This document shows, in pieces, positions 1 to 13,430 of a DNA stretch of 64,000 nt. The notes beneath the pieces are model-generated. The model was not told the DNA's origin and did no database searches. It saw only the letters and a program-made list of their open reading frames with translations. Position numbers and translations under genes: made by a program. Source of the DNA: the human T2T-CHM13v2.0 reference genome, Homo sapiens; assembly GCF_009914755.1 (NCBI RefSeq), contig NC_060936.1; one strand, written 5' to 3'. Every line of letters begins with the position of its first letter. Positions within the stretch are counted from its first letter, which is position 1.

Positions 1-260
1 AAACTTGGAGGATTCTGAAAGGTGCTATGCTCAATGAAAGGAGGCAATCTGAGATTATTTACTGTATGATGCTATTAATTTGACATTCTGGGAAATAAAA
101 AACTATAGTAACAGACAACAGACCAGTGGGTTGCCAGGGGCAAGGGGCTAAGGAAGGTACAACAAAGGGGCAGAGAAGAAAGTTTTCAAAAACTGCTCTG
201 TATTCTGTGATAGAAGTTACACAATCTATGCATGCGTTAAAACTCATGGAATTACAACAT
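1..260 (+). mobile_element. old L1M (L1MC/ME-type) 3' end fragment
   Basis: Degenerate motifs typical of old L1M 3'UTRs (tactgtatgat...tgacattctgg, cagtgggttgccagggg, aaactcatggaa). Confidence 0.6.
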
Positions 261-754
261 ACCAGTAAGCAAACAAGCAGACGTAATACATACTCAAACT
301 CTATCAAGTTCCAATTACTTAATTAGATTTTACTATAATCTATGTGTTTGATGGGTTATACCTATTTGTGATATTATAAGAAATATATATTTGGTCTTCA
401 TCCCTGGGTCCTGTTATAGAACTGCTAAAACTTCCTGAAGGTGAGGGGGGAGCATCTTTTTTTACAATATTTGATCTTAGTCCCTGGTTCCTGACACAAG
501 CGCTTCTAAGTGTCTTTTTGTATGGTAAGCTTTGAAGTTTCTTTTTGTATGCTAGTGAGATGACCAGTGGCTAGGGAGCTCTATGACTATGTAATAGACC
601 CCCACAAAATCCCCCAAATGAAGGGGTTTGAAGAGCTTCTACGCTGGTGAACATGAGTGTAACCAGAGAGGGCATGGAAGCTCTGTGTTCCTTCCCTCAT
701 ACCCTGCCCTAAGTACCTCTTTATCTGGCTGTTTATCTTTTGTATCCTCTATAA

Positions 755-1035
755 CAGTGGTTCCCAAACCCTGGGCTGTAAACTGATACCAGTCTGTGGC
801 CTATTAGAAACTGGGCTGCACAGCAGGAGGTGAGCAGCAGGCATGTGAGCACTATTGCTTGAGCAGCACCTCCTGTCTGATCAGTGGTGGCATTAGATTC
901 TCATAGGAGCAAGAACCCTATTGTGAATTGCTCATGCAAGGGATCTAGGTTGCCCACTCCTTAAGATAATCTAATGCCTGATGATCCGAAGTGGAAAAAT
1001 TTCATTCTGAAACCAATCCGCCACTCCCTGGGTCA
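755..1035 (+). mobile_element. MER1B (hAT-Charlie) non-autonomous DNA transposon, right end missing
   Basis: 'cagtggttcccaaacc...ctgcacagcaggaggtgagc...attagattctcataggagc...ctaatgcctgatgatc'; 8-bp TSD-like ctctataa (747-754) / ctttataa (1225-1232). Confidence 0.8.
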
Positions 1036-1045
1036 TACAATATTC

Positions 1046-1214
1046 TCTCTCTCTTTTTCTCTCTTTTAGAGACAGGGTCTTGCTCTGTCACCCAGCCTGG
1101 AGTGCAGTGGTATGTTCATAGCTCCCCACAGCCTCAGACTTCTGGCCTCAAGCAATCCTCCTGCTTCAGCCTCCTAAATTGTTGGGATTACAGGTGTGAT
1201 TCACCACACTTAGC
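1046..1214 (-). mobile_element. Alu monomer (FRAM or AluJ right arm)
   Basis: 'gagacagggtcttgctctgtcacccagcctggagtgcagtgg...gggattacaggtgtga', preceded by a CT/T-rich tail. Confidence 0.85.
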
Positions 1215-4200
1215 TTATGATAGTCTTTATAAATAAACTGGTAAATGTAAGTAAAGTGCTTTTTAGAGTTTTGTGAACTGTTCTGGGAAATTACTGAACC
1301 TGAGGAGGGGGTCGTGAGAACAGCTGATTTACAGCCAGCGAGTCACAGGTACTAATGACTCAGACTTGTGATTCGCATCTGAGGTGGGGGCAGTTTTGTG
1401 GGATGGAGCTCGTAATCTGTGGGTCTATGCTGACTAGGAGTAGCTGGTATCAAAATTGAATTTCTGTAGCATACCCAATTGTTTGGGAGAGTTGGAGAAT
1501 TTGTTGGTGTGGGCAAAAGACATTTATTTGGTATCAGAAGTGCTGCTAGTAAAAAAATAAAAAAAAAAGTTTAGTATTATTGTATCCATATAGAAGAAAT
1601 ACTATACAATGGAGCTACTGCATGTAATGGAAGTACTGAACATGTTTTTGCAACTCCATCTTCAGGGCTAACACATTGAAAGCTTGTAATCAGCCATGGT
1701 AGGAGTATTTACACTAGAAAAATCCACAACTGCTACAACTAAGGGTTTAGGTTTTTGAGGGTTTACCAGCATAACACTGCATACCAACCTTGCCAGATTA
1801 CTGGATATTCTTTTAATAGAATATTGGAGCCTCCAGGGATTATCTGAACCAATAGGATATGTACCTTGGTCTTTGAGGAGGATTTTTTCAAATCTGTAGA
1901 AATTGAAATGAACTTGTCCAGAACTGATGGCAATGCAAATGATTCTTGTTTGTGGACATGTAAATTTCCCCTGTCCAGTATAGAGACAGCCCTTCTATCT
2001 GTAAAAGTCTTGGGGTCCATTTGCAAGATCATTTCAATATTCGTGATCCATAAATATATCTATTCTTTCAATTCTCCTGTGAACCATTCGTAACATCTTT
2101 TCTGATTCTCTCATTTCATTAATAAAGTCTTTGACATGTGTTCATTTTACATTGGTAAGAAGTTTTAGCTTTTTTTGAAAATTATCTTTAACAGCAAACT
2201 TTTTTGTCTGAAACACATGACTGACTTTAAATCTTCTTGCTAAGAATGTCTGCCTTATTTCCATAAGATTATTCAAACCCCAAGTTTCTGCACTACCCAG
2301 TTTCCCTGATAGAATTAAATACTCTGTATCCAGAATATAGTCCTTTTCTTTCAGGTGGTATTATGGCATAACTCAACAGATTTTGCTGCCCTAGTTCTCT
2401 TCTAAGAAGTGAAACTTCCAAGAAACTGTAGTTTTGCAGGAGTGACATGATGGGATCCTGTGCAAGTAGCCAGGATTACAGATTGAGGGAGCACTGGGAA
2501 TCTTGTCTTTGATCCCAATAAAAGACTCACAGAAGGGAAGGGAGCCCTGATTTATTTTAATTAAATTTCATGCTAACTGGAGAGACTAATCATGATCACA
2601 TTACCCATAGAATCTCGTGGGAAAGGATGTGCTAACAATGGACTTACTGGCTCCTTTCCCAATGCTGCTTATTAACCATAATAGTAACTCTTTCAAATTC
2701 CTTTTCCCTGGAAAATTGGCAAAAGTCTCATTCTGATATTGCTTTTGCCTCTACTTTTAATTATTAAATTTTAGTTAATATCCTCTAGATCAGGCAATGG
2801 GATCTGATAATTACTGCACCAAGAACTATTTTCAAAAGGCCTGTTCCTTCTTGAGCTGTTTTATTTAACAATCATATGAACTTAAATGGGTGCTATATTT
2901 TATTTGGATCAATTCTGCAAACATTAAATTAAAAATATAGCAATCATACACTACTATTTTTCTTAATGTTCACTTCAACATTAGGTATATATTTTTGGTT
3001 TTTGGTTTTTTAGCAATATTAAGAAAATAGAAATTTATCTAGTAACACTTGGCAATTGACACTCAACTAAATTTGGAACTGTGAGTATGTTTTGCCTTTG
3101 ACATCTGGCTCACTTAATTTCCCCTCCATGTGTTCTTTTAATTTAATATTTCAGGAGTTACTGTGCTCCCTAGAGAAGTCAGACTAAATGGTTTTTATTA
3201 ATATGGTTTTATAAAGCCTAAAAATGTGTTTTATTTGCCCATAGCAGTTATAAATCAGGACCTGAAATTTATTGCAGTTTCCAAAATTGTATATATCTGG
3301 TAGTCCAGAGAGGGATAATTGTATTTGTTATATGAGAATTGCTTAGGGGAGTTCTCAGTAGGGCCACTGAAATTATTTTTCAGATAAAATATTTAATCTT
3401 TCTTGCCATTTAACCAAATGACTGATTAAACTCCCTTCTGCAACATATAATGTCATGAAACATAGACAAACCCAATGTTTCAATTACAAAGAAAACTCAA
3501 CTTATTCAATATCCTAGGAGTGACAATTGACTGTTACTCTAAAATTATTAATTAAATGTTTTTGTTACTTTATTCTACCAAGGAAACTCCACTGTGATGA
3601 TTAATAACGTCACTCCTTAGCTACATTTTTACAGTTTAAGGGGAGAGCACATTCTTTGTCTGTAGGAGGACCCATGTTCAAATTCTGTTCCTTAGTTTTG
3701 TGCCATTGGGCAATTTGCTTGAACTTTCTTAATTCTCTATTTCTTTATCAATTAAAATAGGAATAATATCTACATCTTCGGGTTTTTTTGTTTGTATGTT
3801 TTTGTTCAGATTTTTTTTTTGAGATCTGAGATGTCAAAAATACCACATAAGCCTATAAAACAGGGTGTGGAAGGGTTATTAACAATTATTCTTAAAATTT
3901 AATTTTCTTATGTTTTATGGGATTTGAGGCATTTATGGTTTTTCCATGTTACAAGATTGAAATCAGAGGTAATACCTTTTTAGTATATTTGTTTCTCCTG
4001 AGGGAAAACAGGTCCATAAAACTTATTTGGATTGGGAAGGGTATGGAATAATAAATAAATTTAGATAATAACTAAATTACCTTGGGATCCAGGGGAAAAC
4101 TGGCCCCAGAAAGGCCCCAGGCTAGATCCAAGTTCTTGGTAAAAAAAATTAGCACCCTCAGAGTTCTTAGGGATTTTCAAAGTCCACCCTAACCTCTAAG

Positions 4201-5258
4201 AGGCCAATTAAACAAGCATTTGTGAGAGTTAATCCTTGTGAAAAACAGGTCTGTTTATAGGCACAAAGCAGACAGAATAGAGAATACAACACAGTCCTTT
4301 TCAAGGACTTTACCAGCCCTTCCAAGTCCGCCCTGCAGGCAGGAGAGACCTGGAGAACCATGGCTGTGGTTCTGAAAGGTTGTTGTTACCTTTAATATAG
4401 AGACAATGATGTTCTGAAATGAGCAATTATCAGATAAATTTTAGTCACCTGGTTGTATTGGGCCCCAAGATTATGGGTTCATAGAACGCATCAAAAAGCA
4501 AACTCCAACATCTGTTAGGATCCTGAGACAATTATTCCAGTTGCAACAGCCTCACTAGCTGGGTGAGGCCTGTAGTTTTACATATGGTTTTATATAGGAC
4601 AATTTCTAGCTCCTGATGGGTGTTGAGATGGGTTGATACCTACAGCCACGAAAATTTGTAGACCCTCTGACTTTTTTTTTTTTTTTTTTTTTTTTTCAGA
4701 TTTTTCCATGACATCTTATTGTTATATGTACACCTGGAACAAGAGCTTTGGATCTTTGTTAGATTATGTTCATCTAGAAAGGGAAATCTGAACTTTCTAT
4801 AACACCAATGTACATGGTTGGCTACAGCTTTCCTAACATTTCCCAGTCCATGCTTACATCCAAGACATCTTATCATTTCAATTAATTAAAAAATCAATAT
4901 AAACAATAATGCATATATTAGTTCACATTTCAAAGAACATTTTACTCACTGTAAGACTGATGATGTATTTTTATCTTATATTTTAATATAAGATAGTTAT
5001 TGGTTTATTTAATTACTATTTAATATAAGATAGTTATTTCAACCAATAGTTATTGGTTGAACTATAAAGACGTAGATTCTGCTGTTGAGAGTTGTTATTT
5101 AATGACTAACTTTTAAATGCAAATCCTAAGAAAGTTCCCATTTTCTCAAAAGAAAAACTAAAATAATTTATAGATAAAGAAAATTGATGTCCAGTTTTTT
5201 ACATTGGAGACTAACAGGCTGGCTTCATTCATCTAATTATTGTTTCAACACAAATTTT

Positions 5259-5390
5259 GGCTGGGCATGGTCACTCATGCCTGTAATCCCAGCACTCTGG
5301 GAGGCTGAGGTGGGAGGATTGCTTGATGCTTGGAATTTGAAACCAGCCTGGGCAACATAAGAGACTGTCTCTATAATAAATAAATAAATA
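5259..5390 (+). mobile_element. FLAM (Alu left monomer)
   Basis: 'ggctgggcatgg...cctgtaatcccagcac...ggattgcttga...cagcctgggcaacata', (taaa)n tail, acaaattt on both flanks. Confidence 0.85.
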
Positions 5391-6979
5391 ACAAATTTAA
5401 CTGAGGATCCAAATATCAGACATTGTGCTTACAGGAGTTTTCAGCCCACCTTGTGCATATAAATTGATAGGGGAGGGAGGAGAAGGCTGGAATCAATACA
5501 ATAATTGGGGGATTAACCTTGTCACAGAAGCTAACATCTGCACGCCAGGTGGATGGTGTATGTCTTGATCTATGTTAGACAGGTATTCACTAGGTCAAGC
5601 AGCACTTTGGCTTGTATTTGTAGCTGAGAATAGGACAGTGTCATAGGTCTGGAAGACAAGTTCTTCACCCAGGGTGATGTGGGAGCAAGCCCCAGGCTCC
5701 AAATAAAGAACTGGCAAGACAGCTGTCAATCAAAAAAAGAAGCAGGCTACTGTCAGGGAGTCAACCAAGAAGTCCAACTGGACAGTTTCTACTCCACTAT
5801 CCTGGCTGTTCCAGAGAAGTGAAGAAAGAGGAGAGAAGTCTGGGTCCTGGAGACCTCAGGAACCTGGATATCATCCTGAACACACAAGAAATAAGTTATG
5901 GCAGCAAGATGAATTCTGAACCCCACTATGTAACAGATTGGATTCTGTTATTAAGACATTGTTATGGTAAACCAGAACTCCAGCTCAAGACTGCACTTAC
6001 AGAGAGGAACTTCAGTGATGGGCCTGGGGAGTCAGGGAGCTAACAATAATATCAAGTCAGAATGTATTTTTTTTTTTAATTTTCTAAGCCATTTCTGTGT
6101 CTGGAAGTTAGGCGTCTATTATGTTTTACTTTCAGTCAACGGAGGTAACCTGCCTAGCAGCCTTTGAGGCAGTCCTTATTTTGTGAATTTTTCATTGTAC
6201 TTCACAAGAATAAGAAGGGGGAAACCAGATAATACCAGTATCCAAAAAGGTACTTTTAGCAACCAAACTTCACATACCTTTTCCTCTTTCTTTCTCTTCT
6301 TCCTGGAAGGCAAAAGAAGAAATCTTTTTGCCTTCCAGGAAGAAGTTCTAGTTCAAAAGCCATCTAAAAGCAACCTTAAGTTATTATTTTTTAACTGCCA
6401 CATTTGTTTTAAGTGTTTTGCTAAAAATCATCAGCTCTTTTGAGACAGGAATATAATTTATAAACTTTCTGAGCCTAGAAATTCTCAGAACTAGAGCCTT
6501 CTAAGCTCTGAGCCTAGAGCTTAGGAGGCATTGTATGTTTTCATTCATCTCTTTTACATTTCCACCTTTTATCTCAGCTACTGAATGATAAAGGATAAGA
6601 GCCACCAGAGTCCAAGCCATAGACTAAACTCAACCTTAGACAATCCCAACCTTAGACAATCCATTGGCTAAAACCCAGATGAACCCCAACCCACCATATA
6701 TGTGAGAGTAAGAAAAACATGGTGATTTTTTGCCTCTTTAGTTGAAGTAGTTTAACAGTATTATTATGCTTATTGCTATAGTATAGCTATTGATACAATG
6801 TAACTTATTGATATCATACATACTCATGCATATAATTTTTTACTTCATTTAATAAGAAAATCATACATATTCTTGATCTGAAGAACTGAAGTTGTAAAAT
6901 TTTTGGTGTTGTAGACACCATACTAATAATTGTCAATTATTGTAAAAAGGTGATTGATTATACTCAAATGAAAATTTTG

Positions 6980-9900
6980 GGTTGGGGGGGCAAGATGGCC
7001 TACTAGAAACAGCAGCTTTCAGAGGCTCCCATCAAAAAAAATAAGTGTGTGATCCTTCACTAGCAACCAAGGTATCCAGCTTCTCTTATCAGAACTGACT
7101 AGGAGGCTGATGTGATCCATGGAGACAAGGAAGAACAGTGCGGTGCAGCGGCCCGCTTGAGATCCACACAGAATCGGGCAGGTCCCTCCCCCAAGCCAAA
7201 GGAGGCAGTGAGTGAGCATGCTGCCCAGCCAAGGAAACCAGGCTTTTTCTACAGAACTGTGCAACCCACAGATTGGAAGATCCCACTCGTGTACCCACAC
7301 TACTGGGGTTTAGCGTCCCAACCCTAGGATGCACAGACTCTTAACACCCTCTCAGCTGCAAACTGCTTAAGCCTATGGAACTCCCAGGGGAAGGGGCAAC
7401 CAGGATTGCTGCTATGGCTGCCTGCTGTCTAAGCATTTTGAGCTCCTTAGGGGAGGGGCAGCAGCCAGCACTGGGACTCACAACTGCCTAACACGCTAAG
7501 CCCCCTGGGTGGGGGAAGGGCAGCACCTATCTCTATAGCTCCAGGCTGTGCTTTTCCCCTGCTGGAGCCAGGGAGGCTGAATGGCTTGGTCCCAAGACTT
7601 GTCCCCAACAGCCCAATACACTGGCTGTGGCAGTCTGTGACCAGAGTGCCTCTTCAGGCCTGATCCTGACACATCCTTTTTCATTGGTCAGGGCTTCCCA
7701 GCAGGAACTCCAGTAGCTCCAGGCAGAGGCTCAGGGATAGACCTGGAGCTTCCTGGGCCTGAACCCCTAGCGGTAGGGGTGGCTGCAGTCTCTGCAGACC
7801 AGCAGACTTAGCCTTTCCTCCTGGTAGTTCTGAAGAATCCAGGCAGCCCAGATGACTGGGTTTTGGGCCAGTGAGGCACACTCACTCCACAAAGGGACAT
7901 AGTGCTTCATTAAATGGGTCCTGTTTCCCATGCCACCCAACTGGGTGAGACCCTCCAACAGGGGTTGTCAGACACCCTATACAGAAGCAATCCTACTGGC
8001 ATCAGATTGGTGCCCCTCGAGGTCAGAAGTCCCAGAAGAAGGAGCAGGTACCCATATGTGCTGTTCTCCAGCCTCCTTGAGTGACATCTCCAGGCATGGG
8101 AGTGAATCAGATGAATAGGGCCTGAAGAGAACCCCCAGCAAACTGTATCAGCCCTACAGAAAACAGACCTGACCATTGAAAGAAAAACAAACAAGCAGAA
8201 AGCAACAACAGTATCAACAAAAACAACAAAATGTCCCACAAAAACCCCATCCAAGGGTCAGCAGCCTCAAAGACCAACACTAAACAAACTCATGAAGATG
8301 AGAAAGAATCAACAAAAAAATGCTGAAAACCCCAAAGGCCAGAGTGCCTCTTCTCCTCCTAATGATCCCAACATCTCTCCATCAAGGGCACAGGGCTGGA
8401 TGGAGGATCAGATGAATGAATTGACAGAAGTAGGCTTCAGAAGATAGGTAATAAAAACTAGGGTGAGCCAAAGGAGCATGTTCCAACCCAATGCAAAGAA
8501 GCTAAGAATTTTGATAAAAGGTTAGAGGAATTGCTAACTAGAATAACCAGTTTAGAGAGGAACATAAATGACCTGATGGATCTAAAAAACACAGCACGAG
8601 AACTTCATGAAGCATACACAAGTATCACTAGCCGAATCAACCAAATGGAAGAAAGGATATCAGAGTTTGAAGGCCATCTGGCTGAAATAAGGGAGGCAGA
8701 CAAGACTAGAGAAATAAGAATACAAAGGAATGAACAAAGTCTCCAAGAAATATGGGACTTCATAAAAAGACCAAACTGACCATTAACTGGAGTACCAGAA
8801 GGAGACAGGGAGAATGGAAACAAGCTAAAAAACACACTTCAGGATATTATCCAGGAGAACTTCCCCAACCTAGCAAGAAAGGCCAACATGCAAATTCAGG
8901 AAATATAGAGAATACCATTCAGACATATAATCACCAGATTCTCCAAGGTCGAAATGAAGAATAAACCATTAAGGACAGCCAGAGAGAAGGGGCAGGTCAT
9001 CTACAAAGGGAAGCCCAGCAGACTAACAGCAGACCTCTCAGCAGAAACTCTATAAGCCAGAAGAGATTTGGGGCCAACAATCAACATTCTTAAAGAAAAG
9101 AAATTTCAATCCAGAATTTCATATCCAGCCAAACTAAGCTTCATAAGAGAAGGAGAAATAAAATCCTTTCCAGACAAGCAAATACTGAGGAATTTTGTTA
9201 TCACTAGGCCTGCCCTGCAAGAGCTCCTGAAAGAAGCACTAAATATAGAAAGGAAAAGCTGGTACCAGCTACTGCAAAACACCCCAAAATATAAAGACCA
9301 ATGACACTATGAAGAAACTGCATCAACTAGTATACAAAATAACTAAATAGCAGCATGATGACAGGATCAAATTCACACATAACATACTAACCTTAAATGT
9401 TAATGGGCGAAATGCTCCCAATTAAAAGACACAGACTGGTAAATTGCATAAAGAGTCAAGAACCACAGGTGTGCTGTATTCAGGAGACCCATCTCACATG
9501 CAAAGACACACATAGGCTCAAAATAAAGGGATAGAGGAAATTTACCAAGCAAATGGAAAGAAAAAAAAAAGCAAGGGCTGCATTCCTAGTCTCTGGCAAA
9601 ACAGACTTTAAACCAACAAAGATCAAAAAAGACAAAGAAGGGTATTACATAATGGTAAAGGGAACAATTCAACAAGAAGAGCTAACTATTCTAAATATAT
9701 ATGCACTCAATACAAGAGCATCCAGATCTATAAAACAAGCTCTTAGAGACTTTCAAATAGACTTAGACTCCCACACAATAATAGTGGGAGACTTTAACAC
9801 CCTACTGTCAGTATTAGACAGATCTACAAGACAGAAAATTAACAAGGATGTTCTGGACTTCAATTCAGCTCTGGATCAAGTAGACCTAGTAGACGTCTAC

Positions 9901-12900
9901 AACACTTTCTACCCCAAATCAACAGAATATACATTCTTCTCAGTGCCACATGGCATTTATTCTAAAATTGACCACATAATTGGAAGTAAAATACTCCTCA
10001 GCAAATGCAAAAGAACAGAAATCATAACAAACAGTCTCTCAGACCACAGTGCAATCAAATTAAAACTCAAGATTAAGACACTTACTGGAAACCACACAAC
10101 TACATGGAAAATGAACAACCTGCTCCTGAGTGACTCCTGGGTAAATAATGAATTAAGGCAGAAATCAAGAAGTTCTTTGAAACCAATGAGAACAAAGAGA
10201 AAACATACCAGAATCTCTGGGACACAGCTAAAGGATTGTTAAGAGGGAAATTTATAGCACTAAATGCTCACATCAGAAAGGTTGAAAGGTCTCAAATTGA
10301 CACCCTAACATAAAAACTGTAAGAGCTAGACAGCCAAGAACAACCAATTCAAAAGCTAGCAGAAGAAAATAAATAACTAAGATCAGAGAAGAATTGAAAG
10401 AGATAGAGACATGAAAAATCCACCTAAAAATCAATGAATCCAAGAGCTGGATTTTTGAAAAAATCAACAAAATAGACCACTAGCTAATAATAAAGCAGAA
10501 AAGAGAGAAGAATCAAATAGACACAATAAAAAATGACAAAGGGGGTATAACCACTGACCCCTCAGAAATACAAACTACCATCAGAGAATACTATAAACAT
10601 GTCTATGCAAATAAACTAGAAAATCTAGAAGGAATGGATAAATTCCTGGACACATACACCCTCCTAAGAATAAACCAGGAAGAAGTCAAATCCATGAATA
10701 GACCAATAACAAGTTCTGAAATTGAGGCAGTAATTAATAGCCTACTAACCAAAAAAAAAAAAAGCCCAGAACCAGGTGGATTCACAGCTGAATTATACCA
10801 GAAATACAAAGAGGAGCTGGTACCATTACTTCTGAAATTATTCCAAACAATTGAAAAGAGGGACTGCTCCCTAACTCATTTTATGAAGCCAACATCACCC
10901 TGATCCCAAAACCTGGCAGAGACACAAAGAAAAAAAAACTTCAGGACAATATCCCCGTTGAATATCAATGCAAAAAATATTGGCAAACCAAATCCAGCAG
11001 CACGTCAAAAAGCTTATCCACCACAATCAAGTTGGCTTCATCCCTGAGATGTAAGGCTGGTTCAACATATGCAAATCAATAAACATAATCCATCACATAA
11101 ACAGAACCAAGGGCAAAAACCATATGATTATCTCAACAGATACAGAAAAGTCCTTTGATGAAATTCAACATCCCTTCATGTTAAAAACTCTCAATAAGCT
11201 AGGAAATGATGGAACATATCTCAAAATAATAGGGCTATTCATGACAAACCCACAGCCAATATCATACTGAATGGGCAAAAGCTAGAAGCATTCCCTTTGA
11301 AAACTGGTACAAGACAAGGATGCCCTCTCTCACCACTCCTATTCAACATAGTATTGGAAGTTCTGGTAAGGGCAGTCAGGCAAGAGAAAGAAATAAAGCA
11401 TATTCAAATAGGAACAGAGGAAGTCAAATTGTCTCTGTTTGCAGATGACATAATTTTATATTTAGAAAATCCCATCATCTCAGCCCAAAAACTCCTTAAA
11501 CTGATACTTAACTTTAGCAAAGCCTCAGGATACAAAATCAATGTGCAAAAATCACAAGCATTCCTGTATACCAACAATAGACAAGCAGAGTGCCAAATCA
11601 TGAGTGAACTCCCATTCACAATCACTACCAAGAGAATAAAATATCTAGGAATACAGCTAAGAAGGGATGTGAAGGATCTCCCCAAGGAGAACTAAAAACC
11701 ACTGGTCAAGGAAATAATAGAGACAAAAGCAAATGGAAGAACATTCCATCCTCATGGATAGGAAGAATCAATATCATGAAAATGGCCATGCTGCCCAAAG
11801 TAATTTATAGATTCAATGCTATTCCCATCAAACTACTATTGACATTCTTCACAGAATTAGGAAAAAGTGTTTTAAATTTCATATGGAATCAAAGAAGACC
11901 CTGTATAGCCAAGACAATCCTAAGCAAAAAGAACAAAGCTGGAGGCATCATGCTACCTGACTGCAAACTATACTACAAGGCTTCCGTAACCAAAACATCA
12001 TGGTACTGATACCAAAACAGACATATAGACCAAAGGAGCAGAACAGAGACCTCAGAAATAACACCATACATCTACAACCATCTTGCTGTTGAATTGTTCC
12101 CTTTACCATTATGTAATGCCCTTCTTTGTCTCTTTTGATCTTCAAAAAACCTGCCAAAAACAAGCAATTGGGAAAGGATCTCCTATTCAGTAAATAGTGC
12201 TGGAAAAACTGGATAGCCATATGCAGAATACTGAAATTCCTTATACCTTACACCCTTCCTTACACCTTATAAAAAATCAACTTAAGATAGATTAAAGACT
12301 TAAATGTCAAACTGAAAACCATAAAAACTCTAGAAGAAAACCTAGGCAATACTATTCAATACATAGGCATGGGCAAAGACCTCATGACTAAAACACCAAA
12401 GCAATTGCAACAAAAGCCAAAATTGGCAAATGGGACCTAATTAAACTAAAGAGTTTCTTCACAGCAAAAGAAACTACCATCAGATGAACAGGCAACCTAC
12501 AGAATGGGAGAAAATTTTGCAATCTACCCATCTGACAAAGGTCTAATATCCAGAATTTACAAGGAACTTAAACACATTTATGAGAAAAAACAACCCCATC
12601 AAAAAGTTGGCAAAGGATACAGACACTTCTCAAAAGAAGACATTTATGCAGCCAAGAAACATATGAAAAAAAGCTCATCACTGATCATCAGAGAAATGCA
12701 AATCAAAACCACAAAGATATATCTCACACCAGTCAGAATAGCAATTATTAAAAAGTCAGGAAACAACAGATGCTGGTGAAGCTGTGAAGAAATAGGAAAG
12801 CTTTTACACACACTGTCGGTAGGAATGTAAATTAGTTCTACAATTGTGGGAGACAGTATGGCAATTCCTCAAGGATCTAGAACCAGAAATACCATTTGAC

Positions 12901-13430
12901 CCAGCAATCCCATTACTGGGTATATGCCCCCCAAATTATAAATCATTCTACTATAATGACACATGCACGCATATGTTTATTGCAGTACTATTTACAATAG
13001 CAGACTTGGAACCAACCCAAATGCCCATCAGTGATAGACTGAATGAAGAAAATATGATACATATACACCACAGAATACTACGCATCCGTAAAAAGGAATG
13101 AGATCATGTCCTTTGAAAGGGCATGGATGAAGCTGGAAGCCATTATCCTCAGCAAACTAACACAGGAAAAGAAAACCAAATACCATATGTTCTTACTCAT
13201 AAGTGGGAGTTAAACGATGAGAACACATGGACACAGAGAGGGGAAGACCACATGCCAAGGCCTGTTGGGAGTTGGGGGATGAAGGAAGGGAACTTAGAGG
13301 ATGGGTCAACAGGTGCAGCAAACCACCATGGCACACGGATACCTATGTAACAAGCCTGCACGTTCTGCACATGTATCCCATTTTTTTCTTGTTTGTTTGT
13401 TTGTTTTTTAGAAGAAATTAAAAAAAGAAA
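6980..13430 (+). mobile_element. full-length LINE-1, L1PA8A-like, inactivated
   Basis: 5' 'gggggggcaagatggcc' (YY1 motif 6991-7000), long 5'UTR, ORF1 remnant from about 8298, ORF2 remnant about 9358-13213 (EN 'IIVGDFNTLL', RT 'RQGCPLSP...LFADD'). 3' end 'gggaacttagaggatgggtcaa...ttttttagaagaaat' recalled as L1PA8A. Short TSD gaaaattt (6970-6977 / 13431-13438). Many stops and frameshifts. Confidence 0.95.

Larger units (their letters stand above)
367..1574 (+). mobile_element. MER21-type LTR (interrupted by MER1B and an Alu monomer)
   Basis: Starts 'tgtgatattataagaaatatatatttggtcttcatccct', resumes at about 1233 'taaactggtaaatgtaagtaaagtg', ends near 'tttggtatcagaagtg'. Confidence 0.75.
285..1779 (+). 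mobile_element. MER63-like hAT DNA transposon, split into two parts (about 285-366 and about 1575-1779) by a MER21 LTR
   Basis: Left part 'ttttactataatctatg' continues after the LTR as 'tattgtatccata...aaatactatacaatgg...cagccatggtaggagtatttacac' and ends in the TIR-like 'tttaccagcataacactg'. Matches recalled MER63 consensus. Confidence 0.7.

Noticed and set aside
5550-6045. Possible ancient LTR
   Set aside because: LTR-like composition, but I could not match it to a family or define its ends.
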